From Chitinophagaceae bacterium (GTDB lineage Bacteria > Bacteroidota > Bacteroidia > Chitinophagales > Chitinophagaceae): a stretch of 64,000 nucleotides of DNA. The notes under the pieces were generated by a model, which was not told the origin of the DNA, did no database searches, and worked only from the letters and a program-made list of their open reading frames with translations. This document shows positions 27,925 to 39,310 of this stretch, one piece after another. Location of the stretch: contig JANPZZ010000010.1 of the NCBI GenBank assembly GCA_024707305.1, positions 45,531 to 109,530 on the forward strand, given 5' to 3'. The first letter of the stretch is position 1. Every line of letters starts with the position of its first letter. The position numbers and the translations under genes were made by a program.

Positions 27925-29631
27925 TCAGCTCACGGATTTTTTGGGTATGGTAAAGCAAAAACTTGATCCAACTCCCTCTTCAGAGGATACTCCAATTCTT
28001 CCTCCCCATTTCTCCACAAGTCGTTTGCAGGTGGCAAGTCCTATACCCGAACCTTCATATTCCGTTTTGCCATGTAGCCGTTTAAAAATCACAAATATCT
28101 TATCAAAAAATTCAGGGCGGATTCCAATTCCATTGTCGGCAACAACAATTTTCCAGAATGCTCCGGCTTCCATTGCCGTAATGGAAACCTGTGGCGCCGC
28201 ATTTTCTTTCTGGTATTTCAGTGCATTTGAAATGAGATTTTGCAAAACTGTTCGCAATGCCGCAGGTTGTATAGAAACGGAAGGAAGCGTATCCCAGGAA
28301 AGCGTTGCCTGTTTCTGTTCCAGCATGGGTTGGTATAACTGGCAGATATCATTCATCATCTCATTCATATCCACCGTTTCCATTTCGCCGCTGGTGCGCG
28401 TAGCCCGTGAATATGATAACAGGTCTTCCAGTAATATATTCATTCTCCTTGCACCATCTGTTGCAAAGTGCACATATTTGCGTCCGGTTTCATCCAGGCG
28501 ATCGCCATAGTTTTTCTCCAGCAGTTTCATAAAACCATCCACCATACGAAGTGGTTCTTTCAAATCATGAGAAGCTGTATAGGCAAACTGCTCAAGTTCG
28601 ATATTCGAATCCTGTAATCTTCTCAAACTTTCTTTCTCTGCTGTAATATCTTTTAACTGTACAATGAGTTGATGCGGACTTCCATCTTCATGACTTACAA
28701 AAGCCATCGATTGTTGAACCCATATCGCATCCCCATGTGAGTTGATCAATTGCTTTTCACGCTCATGGGTTTTAATATTGCCCTGTATCAACATCGATAT
28801 TACATTCAAATCCTTTTGATATTCAGCAGGAGTGGTGAGATCGGCAAATCGCTTTTTTGTCAGTGTTTCCTCATTATAATCGAGCAGTTCACAAAGACTT
28901 TTATTTACCCGTGTGCAATAGCCCTGTCTGTCAACAATTACTTTTCCAATCGGTGCATGGTGAAAAGCCACTTCAAATTCACGTTCTTTTTGCTGAATCT
29001 GCAACTGATAAAGCTGGCGGATACGTGCGGCATTTAACCGGTAGGCAAAAACCAGTACCAGGATCGTAATCACCAACAGTCCGATAAAACCAACCATGTT
29101 GATCGTAGTAAGCCTGTTCAACCGGTGCAGGTAATTTTCGCGTGCAGTGATAATATTTTTCGCCAGCTGGTTGTATTTATCAAAAACAGATGTACGTAAA
29201 TCGGTATAGTAGGGAGATCGGAGGTATTGAAAGAGTTGTGCTGAATCGTTGTAGAATGGTTTTGCAGCAATCGATTCAAGCTGGGAAATCCAAAGCTGTG
29301 TCTCGTTGATGACTTCGCTCATCTCCGGATCAAAGAGGTGGTTGACAGGTGAGCTTTCCAGGTTTTTTACATAATTCAGCAATTTGGTTTTATGTTCGCT
29401 GAATGCTGTAAGGTTATGCGTTTCGCCAGTTGCTGCATAGTGATATGCTTCGGCCGAAAGCCTCGACTCAGTAATTTCAATCGGGTAAATTTCATCCAGT
29501 ACGCGCTCCATCGCAAAAATCACATTGCGACCCTGCACCTGTTTCCAGTACGAATACATGAATACAGCCCCCGCAATCAAGATACAGGCGATTGAGAATG
29601 GCAGAATGATTTTAATGATTGGACGTTTCAC
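27925..29631 (-). CDS. sensor histidine kinase with extracytoplasmic sensor domain between two TM helices (CHASE3-like), PAS, HisKA, HATPase
   Basis: 568-aa ORF with one TM helix at the N-terminus and another near residue 190, then PAS, the H-box FAYTASHDLKEPLRMV and ATPase motifs (DNGIGI .. GSGIGLATCKR). Confidence 0.8.
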   Translation of the reverse strand: MKRPIIKIILPFSIACILIAGAVFMYSYWKQVQGRNVIFAMERVLDEIYPIEITESRLSAEAYHYAATGETHNLTAFSEHKTKLLNYVKNLESSPVNHLFDPEMSEVINETQLWISQLESIAAKPFYNDSAQLFQYLRSPYYTDLRTSVFDKYNQLAKNIITARENYLHRLNRLTTINMVGFIGLLVITILVLVFAYRLNAARIRQLYQLQIQQKEREFEVAFHHAPIGKVIVDRQGYCTRVNKSLCELLDYNEETLTKKRFADLTTPAEYQKDLNVISMLIQGNIKTHEREKQLINSHGDAIWVQQSMAFVSHEDGSPHQLIVQLKDITAEKESLRRLQDSNIELEQFAYTASHDLKEPLRMVDGFMKLLEKNYGDRLDETGRKYVHFATDGARRMNILLEDLLSYSRATRTSGEMETVDMNEMMNDICQLYQPMLEQKQATLSWDTLPSVSIQPAALRTVLQNLISNALKYQKENAAPQVSITAMEAGAFWKIVVADNGIGIRPEFFDKIFVIFKRLHGKTEYEGSGIGLATCKRLVEKWGGRIGVSSEEGVGSSFCFTIPKKSVS

Positions 29632-29772
29632 CTTCAGATTGGATTTTTAGTTTTTCATATAAATTGGCACCTGTTTAAAGAATTATTACCGAACAAATAT
29701 TCGAAACAATTTACCAGATTCCCAAATCAATACAGCATGTGTACTTCATCGTTTCTCTTACAACGTGCTGAG

Positions 29773-32700
29773 TTAATGCTGTCCATTTTCTTCCATCGAT
29801 TCGATTTTGGGTATCGTAAAATAAAATGTACTTCCACTACCCGGCTTCGATTGTACCCAAATACTACCACCCGCACGTTCCACTATTTTTTTACAAACCG
29901 ACAGACCGATACCCGTTCCCGAATACTGGCTACGTGTATGCAGACGTTGGAAAATGGCAAATATTTTATTGTAATGTCTTTCTTCTATTCCAATACCATT
30001 ATCATGTATTTCGAATAACCAGTGATCAGACTGATCCAACGCATTAACAGATACTTTGGGATGCGGTTGGTCGTTATATTTTAAACCATTGCTTACCAGA
30101 TTTTGCAAAAGCTGGAACATTTGTGTACGATGTGCGATGATTACGGGTAGCGGACCCACGTCGACCGTTGCATTTGCCTGGCGTATACGATCACCTAGTG
30201 TATAAATCACCTCTTGCATCACCTGCCCCATATCTGTTTCGTCAGGTTCATCCGATTTTGAATCGAGGCGGCTGTACTCAAGCAGGTCTTTTATCAGCTG
30301 CTTCATTCTATCCGCACCATTTACGGCAAAATCAATATAGGCCTGCCCGGTTTCATCAACCTGCTCGTGGTATTTTTTCTTAAGTAATTGTAAAAAGCTC
30401 GACACCATTCGCAAAGGCTCCTGCAAATCGTGCGAAGCAACGTATGCAAAACGTTCCAGCTCTACGTTGGAGGATGCCAGCTCTTCTGTTCGTGTAATCA
30501 GTTCACGGTTCAACTCTTCAAGCTGGCCCGTAATTTTTACACGTTCTGTAACATCCATTGCAACCGACATGATCACATCACGGTTAAATTGTGTCATGAT
30601 GTGACCGGCTACTTCCATGTAAAGTGTTTCACCATCTGCTTTTATGTGACGCCATTGTCCAAAGTTGACTGTAGCTCCTTTCACGGCACTTTGAGCAGCC
30701 GCTTTTACGCGTTCCCAATCCTCTTCAGGTATTACATCAAGAATCGTCATCTTCAAAAACGCTTCACGTGAATATCCATATTTCTTAATGGTGGCCTCAT
30801 TCACTTCGTAGATCTGCATTGTTTGGATATCGTAAATGCATTTCGGAAGTGGGCTCATCAGGAACAAATAGCGGTATTGGGCTTCCGATTCTTCCAGGCG
30901 TTGCAGTGCCAGTGTACGTTCTGTAATATCCTGCGCCGTTCCTTCAACGCGTATAGCTTCCCCATCCTCATTTCTCACAATTTCTGCTATCTCATGTATG
31001 TACCGAATGCTGCCATCGGGAAGTATAATGCGATGCTCAATTTCAATTTTCTTATCGTCGTCATATTTCCTGGTTTCGAATCCGATAAATGGCTCGCGGT
31101 CTTCGGGATGAATTGTCGAGAAAAATGACTTCGGTGTTAATTCAAAACTTTCAGAGTCCACACCCCAGATGGTATACACTTCCCGCGTCCAGAACATTGT
31201 TCCGTTCTTTAAATTCAACTCCCAATAGCCAAGTCTGGCAATCTGCTGGGCTGTTTCAAGACGACGGTTCATCGTCATAAATTTCGCCTCATTCTTTTTC
31301 GCTTCTGTTACGTTCCTTGAGAAACAGGCGATACCAATTACACGCTCAGCGCCGAAAATCGGATTCAACTGCACTTCCAGCCAGGTTTCGTTCGGAGTAC
31401 CTTTGTCGGTATGTACTTCAGCCTGGTACGAATCACCTTCCAGGCAGCGGTCGTAAAGTGCCTGCCAGTATTCGAGCGACTCTTCCGGAAAAACATCCAA
31501 CATCATGAAATCATCACCGCGTTTAAGATCCTTCCCGGTTAGTTCTTTCATATAGTTTAAGAAAGTGCGGTTGGCCGTTATCAATCTGTATTCGGCGTCT
31601 ACACTCCAAACAAAATCATTGGTACTATTGATGAGGGCTTCCTGGTTGGCCTGCAAACGCTGCAGTGCACGCTGTGCGGTCAGCTGTTCACTGATGTCGC
31701 TAAAAGCAACTACCGCACCCACGTGTTCACCATCTTCTACAATTGCATTGCACGTAAACCTCACGGGCAGGGAATGTCCGTCTGAACGCCAGAATCGATC
31801 CTGTTCCACAGAAACGCCACTCCGCGCAGCGATGGCTTCATTAAACGCACAATGTTCTCCATTGCAGGGCGATCCATCGGGTCTTGTATGATGAATTAGT
31901 TCGTGAAGGGATCTGCCAACACAAGCTGAAGGTGGATAACCAAGCATCCACGCGCCCGACCGGTTGATGAATGTACATTTCCCCTCACGATCCACTCCAA
32001 AGATTCCCTCTGCAGTGGACTGCAGCAACTGATCCAGGCTCTTATTTACCTGTTGTAATTGCTTTTGCGCAAGCAGTTTTTCCGCCACACTGGCTTCCAG
32101 CTGTCTTTTTGCTTCTATCTGTATAGAAATGTCAATACCATAAATGATAATCCCTTTTGCCTCTCCTTCAGAATTTCGATAAGGATGCGCAACAAAATTG
32201 ATAAAGCGGGCCGGTTTATCGGGCCGGTGCACAGTACGTACCGCCACTTCCCCTTCCGTAATCGTTTCTCCGGTAGCATCCAGTTCTCGCAGTCGCTTTC
32301 TGATGTGCTCATCCTTTTCGAATAATAAAAATTCAAAAACGGATTTGCCTACCACATCGTTCGTACCTGCCAGGTGTTCAAAAGGAGGGTTGTTAAATTC
32401 AACAACATAATCACTTCCTGATAATATGCAAATGAAGGCGGGCGCATTGCGGAACAGCTCCGCATATCGCTCTTTTTCGCTACGCAATACTTTTTCAACT
32501 GCTTTCAGCCTGCGCGCATCACGCCCGATGGCATAAAACAGGTTGTCTTTTTCATCCCACCTTGTGTTCCAGTAAATGGTTACAATGTAACCATCCTTGT
32601 GCCAGAACTCTGTTTCGGTATGCGCTATACCCATCCCGGCTGTTTGCTCCAGGTATTCGTCAATGCTGTCTATCTGTCCGGGTAAAATGAAATCAAGATA

Positions 32701-34118
32701 ATTCCGCCCTTCCAGCTCATGCGGCTCATAACCCAGCAAGGCGCGTGAGCCGGCGCCCACTTTTTGCCAAATGCCTTTACTGTTCATGGTACAAACCATA
32801 TCGGGTGACGAATCCATGATCTTTCTCAACTCCTCACGACCCGCCTGCAACTTTTGGTGGTTGATAATTTGTGCCAGATGGAGTGTCAGGTTATTGGCAA
32901 TGGTATCAACCATTGAAAACTCTTCTGCAAGAAAATCAAATTGTCGGTTGCCATCCTCATGGTACCACACCATTAGCTCGAGCGTTTTGTCGGCAATCAC
33001 CTTTTTTGCAACGCGGATTTCTTTCTGTGATTTCGAATAGCCTTTGGTGCAGGTTTCATTTCCATCGAAAGAAATGCAGGCTGATATTCCCTCCGGATAC
33101 TGAAATCCGGAAGGCAAAAGGTCGATAACCCTCTGCAACAGCACTTCAATGCTATAACTGTAATTAGAGAGGTTCGTTATTTCGTATAGACAAGCGTGCT
33201 GCTTTGCCCTTTCGTTGAGCGTACGCATCGTTTGCAGCAATCGCTGCTCGGTAGCTTTCGTTTCAGTGACATCTTTCATGATGCCTACAAGACTTGCTGG
33301 TGTATCTGAACTTGCCGCTTCCACACGTCCCAGGCATTCTACAAACCGAAGGTTGCCATCTTTTCTGCAAATACGGAATGCTGCTTTGAAATCTTCTCCC
33401 GTTTGAATCGCATTTGCCAAAGCATTTTCAACTTCGAGTATATCATCGGGATGAATGAGTTCAAAAGCAAGCGCACGTGCATTCGCATAATACAATTCAT
33501 CAATTCCGCAAATGCGGGCAAACTCTGCAGACCATTGCGACATGCCAGTATCCCACACAAACTCGAAACTTCCAATATGTGAAATGGATTCAGCCTGTAG
33601 CAACAGGTTGCGCGCGCGTTTTTCGTTTTCCTCCGATCTTCTTAAATCAGTTGTGTTAACTGCCGTAACAATAACACCGATGATGTTCCGGTTTTCATCA
33701 CGCGCCGGACTATACTTCATTAAAAAATATAACCGTCCATCGTCCTTTGTATCAATATAAGCTTCAAAAGTTTCAGTTTGACCTTCAATCGCTTTCTTAC
33801 AAAGACGATCGGTCATGTCCCTGCTTACTTCTGTTGTATAATCGAAAATGCTACTACCGCGCGATACAGGTCTCTCAAAAAGATTTCGCAAAGCGAGTTG
33901 AACTTTTGGTTGAATGTTACCACGTTTAGTTCCCGGTCTACAATCATAAAAGGCTCATCGGTATTGTTGATAAGCCATCTAAGTTCTCGTTCCACTGAAA
34001 ATGGACTGCCGGACTCCTGTTCGTTTACGGCTGGCGACGACGCTTTTTTCGAAGTACGTGGGGGCTTCGGTTTTCCGGAATTTTCGGCCGGGGAGGTTTT
34101 AGGAGTGCGCGCTTTCAT
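29773..34118 (-). pseudogene. very large cytoplasmic multi-PAS/GAF sensor histidine kinase (~1450 aa), one frameshift near 33890
   Basis: ORF 33825..34118 and ORF 29773..33891 overlap out of frame. There are many PAS/PAC segments, the H-box FAYVASHDLQEPLRMV and an ATPase domain (DNGIGIEERHYNKIF .. GTGIGLSVCKK). Confidence 0.8.
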
Positions 34119-34293
34119 GTGTGTTCATTCTGCCTTCAAAAGAATGATCCCTGAAATTTAATCAAATGTTTTTGATTATCAATATGATAGAAAAATCTGT
34201 TTTCCGTCGGATATTTGGACCAGGTTTCATTTTTGGAATGTCAAGTTAGTTCAGGAAGCTGAGGGTTAATTGTAGAAGAAACTTGTTATTTAC

Positions 34294-34311
34294 TGTAGGT
34301 AATATGCTACA
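34294..34311. promoter_or_regulatory. TGTAG-N8-CTACA palindrome (candidate operator), site 3
   Basis: tgtaggtaatatgctaca lies 15-24 nt upstream of the LuxR-type regulator gene at 34326/34335. An extra TGTAG half-site lies at 34271-34275. Confidence 0.4.
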
Positions 34312-34325
34312 TTGCGATTGAACAA

Positions 34326-34964
34326 TTGTGCGAGATGAAAAAATTTCTCATAGTAGATGATCATGAGATTGTAAGGAATGGACTGAAAATGGTTCTGAAA
34401 GAATTCTACCCCTCTTGCCAGGTCGACGAAGCGAGTGATGAGTCGCAGGCCATGGCGTTATTACATAAATCAGAATACGATCTGGCCATCTTAGACATCC
34501 ACCTCCCGGAATCTGACAGCATCCGACTTACCGAATATATCAGCCGTAATACAAAAAATACCCGTGTATTAATCTACAGCATGGGGCAGGAAAGCATTTA
34601 CGCCCGCCGCCTGATCAAAGCAGGTGCATCAGGTTATGTTTCCAAAAATTCAAAACTCACGGATTTACGAAATGCCCTGGAAACAGTTTTAAAAGGAAGA
34701 ATTTATCTGAGCCAGGAAGTGATTGAACAACTGGCCAATGACCTGGGGCAGCCACAAAACGAAAATCCTTTTGAAACATTAAGTCCCCGCGAATTTGAAG
34801 TGGCGACACTTTTAATGACCGATAGAAGCATCACAACGATTTCAGAAATATTAGGAATCGGCATCAGCACCGCTGCCACACACAAAGCGCGACTGTTTGA
34901 GAAGTTGCGGGTGAAATCGGTGTCAGAATTAATAAAGCTCGCGGAGCTCTACCAAAAGAAATAA
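34326..34964 (+). CDS. NarL/FixJ (LuxR-type) response regulator
   Basis: 212-aa ORF with REC (FLIVDDHEIVRNGL .. ILDIHLPESD) plus a LuxR HTH (LSPREFEVATLLMTDRSITTISEILGIGISTAATHKARLFEKL). The start could instead be the ATG at 34335. Confidence 0.85.
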   Translation: MCEMKKFLIVDDHEIVRNGLKMVLKEFYPSCQVDEASDESQAMALLHKSEYDLAILDIHLPESDSIRLTEYISRNTKNTRVLIYSMGQESIYARRLIKAGASGYVSKNSKLTDLRNALETVLKGRIYLSQEVIEQLANDLGQPQNENPFETLSPREFEVATLLMTDRSITTISEILGIGISTAATHKARLFEKLRVKSVSELIKLAELYQKK

Positions 34965-34990
34965 GAGGCCCTGGCGGGCCTCTTATTTCT
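34961..34990 (+). terminator. rho-independent terminator
   Basis: ataagaggccc-tggc-gggcctcttat followed by ttctttg. It overlaps the stop of the regulator gene. Confidence 0.6.
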
Positions 34991-35070
34991 TTGCTGCAGT
35001 AGAATGTGGTTTGCTGATGTGGGAAGTTCGACTGTAAATCAAAAACCGCCAAAAGCTCTACCACATCAAT

Positions 35071-35099
35071 TTTGAACGGCCCTTATCGGGCCGTTCAAA
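35071..35099 (-). terminator. terminator-like hairpin downstream of the PLP enzyme gene
   Basis: 12-bp stem tttgaacggccc / gggccgttcaaa with a 5-nt loop, immediately after the stop at 35101. The U-tract is partly inside the stem. Confidence 0.45.
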
Positions 35100-35100
35100 A

Positions 35101-36258
35101 TTATTGGATCGCGTTGTTTAGATCAGCAATCAAATCGTCGGCATCTTCAATGCCAACGCTTAACCGGATCAATCCATCGCTCAATCCGTTTTTAATCCTT
35201 TCTTCACGTGGAATAGAAGCGTGCGTCATGGTTGCAGGATGATTGATTAACGACTCTACGCCACCCAGACTTTCAGCCAGTGAGAATATTTTGGTAGACG
35301 AAAGCACGCGTTTAACATTTTCAGCGCTGTCATCTTTCAATTCAAAACTAATCATACCACCAAAGCCGCTCATTTGTGTTTTGGCAATGGCGTAGCCGGC
35401 ATTCTCTTCAAAACCCGGCCAATACACGCGTGAAACTTTTGGATGTTGACGCAACCAGTGTGCAATTGCCGCACCGTTTTCGCAATGCTGGCGCATGCGC
35501 ACATGCAGTGTTTTGATGCCACGCAACACGAGGAAACAATCCATTGGACCCGGAACTGCGCCACAGCTTTTTTGAATAAAATATAATTGCTCACGCAAAT
35601 CCGCATCATTCATCACGAGTGCACCCTGAATTACATCACTATGTCCACCAAGATATTTGGTGCTTGAATGCATCACAATATCTGCACCCAGATCAAGTGG
35701 ATTCTGCAGCGCTGGCGATGCAAAAGTATTGTCAACACATAACAATGCGCCCGCTTTTTTCGCAATGGCAGAAACGACTGCAATGTCAGTTATATTCATC
35801 AACGGGTTGGTAGGCGTTTCCAGCCATATCAATTTTGTATTGGACGTAACGGCGGCTGAAATATTTGATGGCACCGTTGTATCAACATATATAAAACGAA
35901 TGCCGAATTTTTCATAAATCTTGCTAAACAGGCGATAGGTTCCACCATACATGTCGCTGGCAGTAATCACCTCATCGCCGGGTTTCAATAATTTGATTAC
36001 AGCATCTGTTGCTGCAACACCACTACTGAAAGCCAGGCCGAATTTTCCATTCTCGATAGTAGCAAGCGCTTCTTCCAATGCTTTGCGTGTTGGGTTTTGG
36101 CTACGCGCGTATTCAAATCCTTTGTTTACGCCGGGCGCTTCCTGCACATAAGTGGAAGTTTTGAAAAATGGGCGTCATAATTGCGCCGGTAGAGGGGTCG
36201 GGCTCGGCACCTGCATGAATGAACCTGGTTGCAGGTTTCATTTGTTTATTCTGAGACA
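35101..36258 (-). pseudogene. trans-sulfuration PLP enzyme (cystathionine gamma-synthase / beta- or gamma-lyase family), one frameshift at T4 run 36159-36162
   Basis: ORF 35101..36147 matches the Cys/Met-metabolism PLP family (HSSTKYLGGHSD with the lysine site). The upstream frame gives MSQNKQMKPATRFIHAGAEPDPSTGAIMTPIFQ. Removing one base restores TSTYVQEAPG. Confidence 0.8.
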
Positions 36259-36557
36259 TATTAACCGGTTTTGAGCTACAAAGATAGTATTCCTGAACCG
36301 CTCATCCCGGATACGCTTCCTTTAACATTCCTTTACCGCCACACGGCTTCGGTTTTCCGCCAATGCTTCATGTATTTGATCGGCGGTTTCAGTCGCTAAA
36401 TTATTGGGTTCAGTATTTTTTATGATTTCGTAAAAAATGAAACGTGAACAGGCACAGATACCGACGATGGATAATCACTTGTTGCCGCTATTATGCCGAC
36501 ATACTTTAGCTCTATCAAAATGATCGAAAAGCCTTTTATCATCTTAAATTTTTTGCC

Positions 36558-37004
36558 ATGAAGAAGTTATTACTGATTGCAGCCATCGCTACCACATTCG
36601 CTGCAAATGCAAGCAATCCTCCAGTAGAAGTTACAGAACGCATATTGAAAGCATTCAAAGAAACATTCAAAGCTGCCACTGATATCACCTGGCATGAGTA
36701 CAGCGATTATTACCAGGCCAACTTCCGTGTTGCCGAAGTGCAGGTGCGTGCACAATACAGCGATGATGGTACGCTGTTAAAAACTATCCGCTACTATGGC
36801 GAAGATCAGCTGCTGCCTAATATCGTAGCAAAACTGAAAAGCAAATTCAAAGGAAAACTGATACACGGTGTTACCGAAACATCATCTAACGAAGAAGTAA
36901 GCTTTGTAATCAATCTGAAAGACAAAGACCATTGGTATACTGTGAAATCAGATGTGTTTGGAAACCTGGAAGTAACGAATAAGTTTAAACGTGCTGATAA
37001 CTGA
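36558..37004 (+). CDS. small secreted protein, PepSY-like/BLIP-like (tentative), paralogue 1 of 3
   Basis: 148-aa ORF with a signal peptide and the motif ILKAFKETFKAATDITWHEYSDYYQANF. It has the same architecture as 42610..43047 and 43223..43660. Confidence 0.5.
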   Translation: MKKLLLIAAIATTFAANASNPPVEVTERILKAFKETFKAATDITWHEYSDYYQANFRVAEVQVRAQYSDDGTLLKTIRYYGEDQLLPNIVAKLKSKFKGKLIHGVTETSSNEEVSFVINLKDKDHWYTVKSDVFGNLEVTNKFKRADN

Positions 37005-37022
37005 GGGATAATGTTGCGAGCC

Positions 37023-37233
37023 GGCAAACGACAAACGGCAAACGGCAAACGGCAAACGTGAAAAGAAATTTGCAAATGATGAGACCTATGCGTATTCTGC
37101 GTAAAAGTTTCTCTCCGGAGAAGGTTCTCACAGATTACACGGATTTGATCACAGATTACGCAGATTTTTAACTTTCATATTTGCCGTTTGCCGTTTGCCG
37201 TTTGCCGTTTGCCGTTTGCCGTTTGTCGTTTGG
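37023..37233. repeat. nested hairpin element: GGCAAAC arm (37023-37058), 121-nt centre containing CACAGAT-type units and a TCTCCGGAGA palindrome, GTTTGCC arm (37179-37233)
   Basis: Read directly: ggcaaacgacaaacggcaaacggcaaacggcaaacg ... ctcacagattacacggatttgatcacagattacgcagat ... tttgccgtttgccgtttgccgtttgccgtttgccgtttg. Confidence 0.85.
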
Positions 37234-37246
37234 CGAATCTCACGCC

Positions 37247-39113
37247 TCACATCAGCAACGCTCCCGCCGCAAGGTATCTCCATTCATACGCTTTGGCATC
37301 ATACGCATCAGTTGCTGCGTGGGTAGTTGCCAAAGCTTTTTCATTCAACACTTTTTGTTTTACCAGTTCGCGTTTTGATTCGTGAATTAGTTCCTGCATA
37401 CGCGCATCCTGCATCCATTTTTTTTGCGGAGGCTCAAAGCCAACTTTGTCTTTGCGCCAGGTGATGCTTTCCGGTAAACAGGATTGCATACTGGTTCGGA
37501 GCAGCCATTTAGTCCAGCCGTCTCTTATTTTGAACGAGGCAGGAAGCGTAAAGAGGAACGCTACCATTTTATGATCAAGGAACGGAAGGCGCAGTTCACG
37601 ACCATGATGCATGGCATTCCGATCCGCATAGCGCAGCAATTCTTCCAAACCATGTACACAAGTGTTGAAATGAAGAAGTCCATTCAGGTTTCTTATTTCG
37701 GGTGCTGTATAGTACGCGGCACGACTTTGTTTTTTTACAAACTCCTGATGCAAATCTTCATGACGTAGTGCATTCACGAGGTATTGCCGTTCCAGGATTA
37801 CAGCAGCAAGTTCAGGGAACAAAGCCGCCATCACATTCTTAAAACCAAATTCTTCCGTCACACCCAGCTCGCGGGCTTTGCCGATTTCTTTACTTCGCAG
37901 CAATTTTCTTTTTGAAATAATTCCTGCCAGTACCACTTATAGTATTTATTATACCCTGCAAGTGTTTCGTCGGCGCCTTGTCCGTCGAGTAGTACAACCG
38001 TGCCCTGTTGTGCTGCCGCCTCAAAAGTTTTGAATTGTGCAAACACGCTGGCAGACCCTATTGGCTCTTCCTGTATGTTAATCAGTTTCCGCCATTCATC
38101 GGCAAGATCAAAAGCTACCGGCTCCACCGTATGATGACAAAATCCAAAATGCGCGGCAACCTGTTGCGCCATTGCCAGTTCATCTTTTTCAAAGCCGGGG
38201 GAAATGCGCCGTAAAACAATCAAACGAAGAAGGGTCGGCAATATGTTGTTGTATAAAACATGCAATGCTACTGCTGTCGAGCCCACCGCTTAAGGATGAT
38301 CCAACTTTTACATCGCTGCGCAATCTCCGCTTTACCGATGCGGACAGCATCGATGTGAATTTTTCCTGTGCCTCTTCCGGTTTAATTTTTACGTTTTGTT
38401 CATCCGTATCAATATCCCAGTATTTTTCAATCTCCAGCTTGTGGTTGTGTAACGAATAAAATAACCGGCTTGCAGCAGGAAGTTTATGTATTCCCTCAAA
38501 AAACGTCTCTTCGGGTTTTGCAGGATTATCGGTGTATCCGATTGTAATAAAATTGAAAAGCATGCGGGGATTTACCGTGCGCATCACACCTGCTGCCCAC
38601 AGTGCTTTCATCTCTGAAGCAAAAAAGAAACTGTTGTTTATCCTTAAAAAAATAAAGAGGTTTTTCACCAAAACGATCTCGCGCGGCAAACAATTCTTCA
38701 TTCTCATGATCCCAAATAGCAAAGGCAAACATGCCATCGAAGTGTTCCACACAATCGTCCTGCCAGTAGTCATAGGCGGCAAGAATTACTTCCGTGTCCG
38801 ACTGCGTCTTAAACTGGTAACCCTCGTTTCCGAGCTCTTTACGTAGTTCAATGTAATTGTAGATCTCGCCGTTGTGTACAATGCTGTATTGGATGGTGTT
38901 CCTTTCCCGGTCCGAAAAATGCATCGGCTGCGCCGCATTCTCCGAGAGATCGATTATGGCAAGTCGGCGATGGCCAAGCATTACCTTCTGGTCGCTTCGG
39001 CTCCAGTGCCCTTCACCATCCGGCCCCCGATGCGCCAGCGCATCCGTCATGCGATGCAAATGCACGGGACCAAAACGCGGCGTTGATTGTATGATTCCTG
39101 CAATTCCACACAT
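37247..39113 (-). pseudogene. asnB: asparagine synthase (glutamine-hydrolysing), three frameshifts as sequenced
   Basis: The start is at MCGIAGII (Ntn Cys2). The fragments 38526..39197, 38189..38782, 37858..38286 and 37247..37936 read through, with the PP-loop SLSGGLDSS in the second fragment. Confidence 0.85.
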
Positions 39114-39159
39114 GATTCGTTGCCCGAAGGCTATGTAAAAAATTAAATTTATCGACCCT

Positions 39160-39310
39160 CGATTCCCCCGCTCATATGTCGTCCCTTCGGGACTCATTTC
39201 ATGGGGAGAAATTCATTGCTACAGATATTCTGTCCCTCCGGGACGGCGCGTGTATGCGATCAAATTTACGACCTCCCCCGGACATCGATCATCGATCATC
39301 GACCTTCCAT
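39160..39310 (-). repeat. dispersed ~150-nt module, copy B (inverted relative to 4788-4945)
   Basis: The reverse complement reads gcgccgtcccggagggacagaatatctgtagcaatgaatttc...tgagtcccgaagggacgacatatgagcgggggaatcg. It is flanked by the catcgatcatcgatcatcgac array (39281-39314). It fills the whole asnB / DUF2911 intergenic region. Confidence 0.8.

Noticed and set aside
36259-36557. A SAM or other riboswitch upstream of the trans-sulfuration PLP enzyme gene.
   Set aside because: I read the 300-nt leader on the minus strand and could not find the conserved SAM-I core or any convincing multi-stem junction. A covariance-model search (Infernal/Rfam) would be decisive, and I could not run one.
37181-37385. 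ORFs beginning MPFAVCRLPFAVCRL (37181.. and 37188..). Similar repeat-derived ORFs are 6638..6886, 36806..37075, 47041..47238, 43253..43723 and 11739..12002.
   Set aside because: All are read-through of tandem oligomer arms. They have no independent coding signal, and several overlap well-supported genes.
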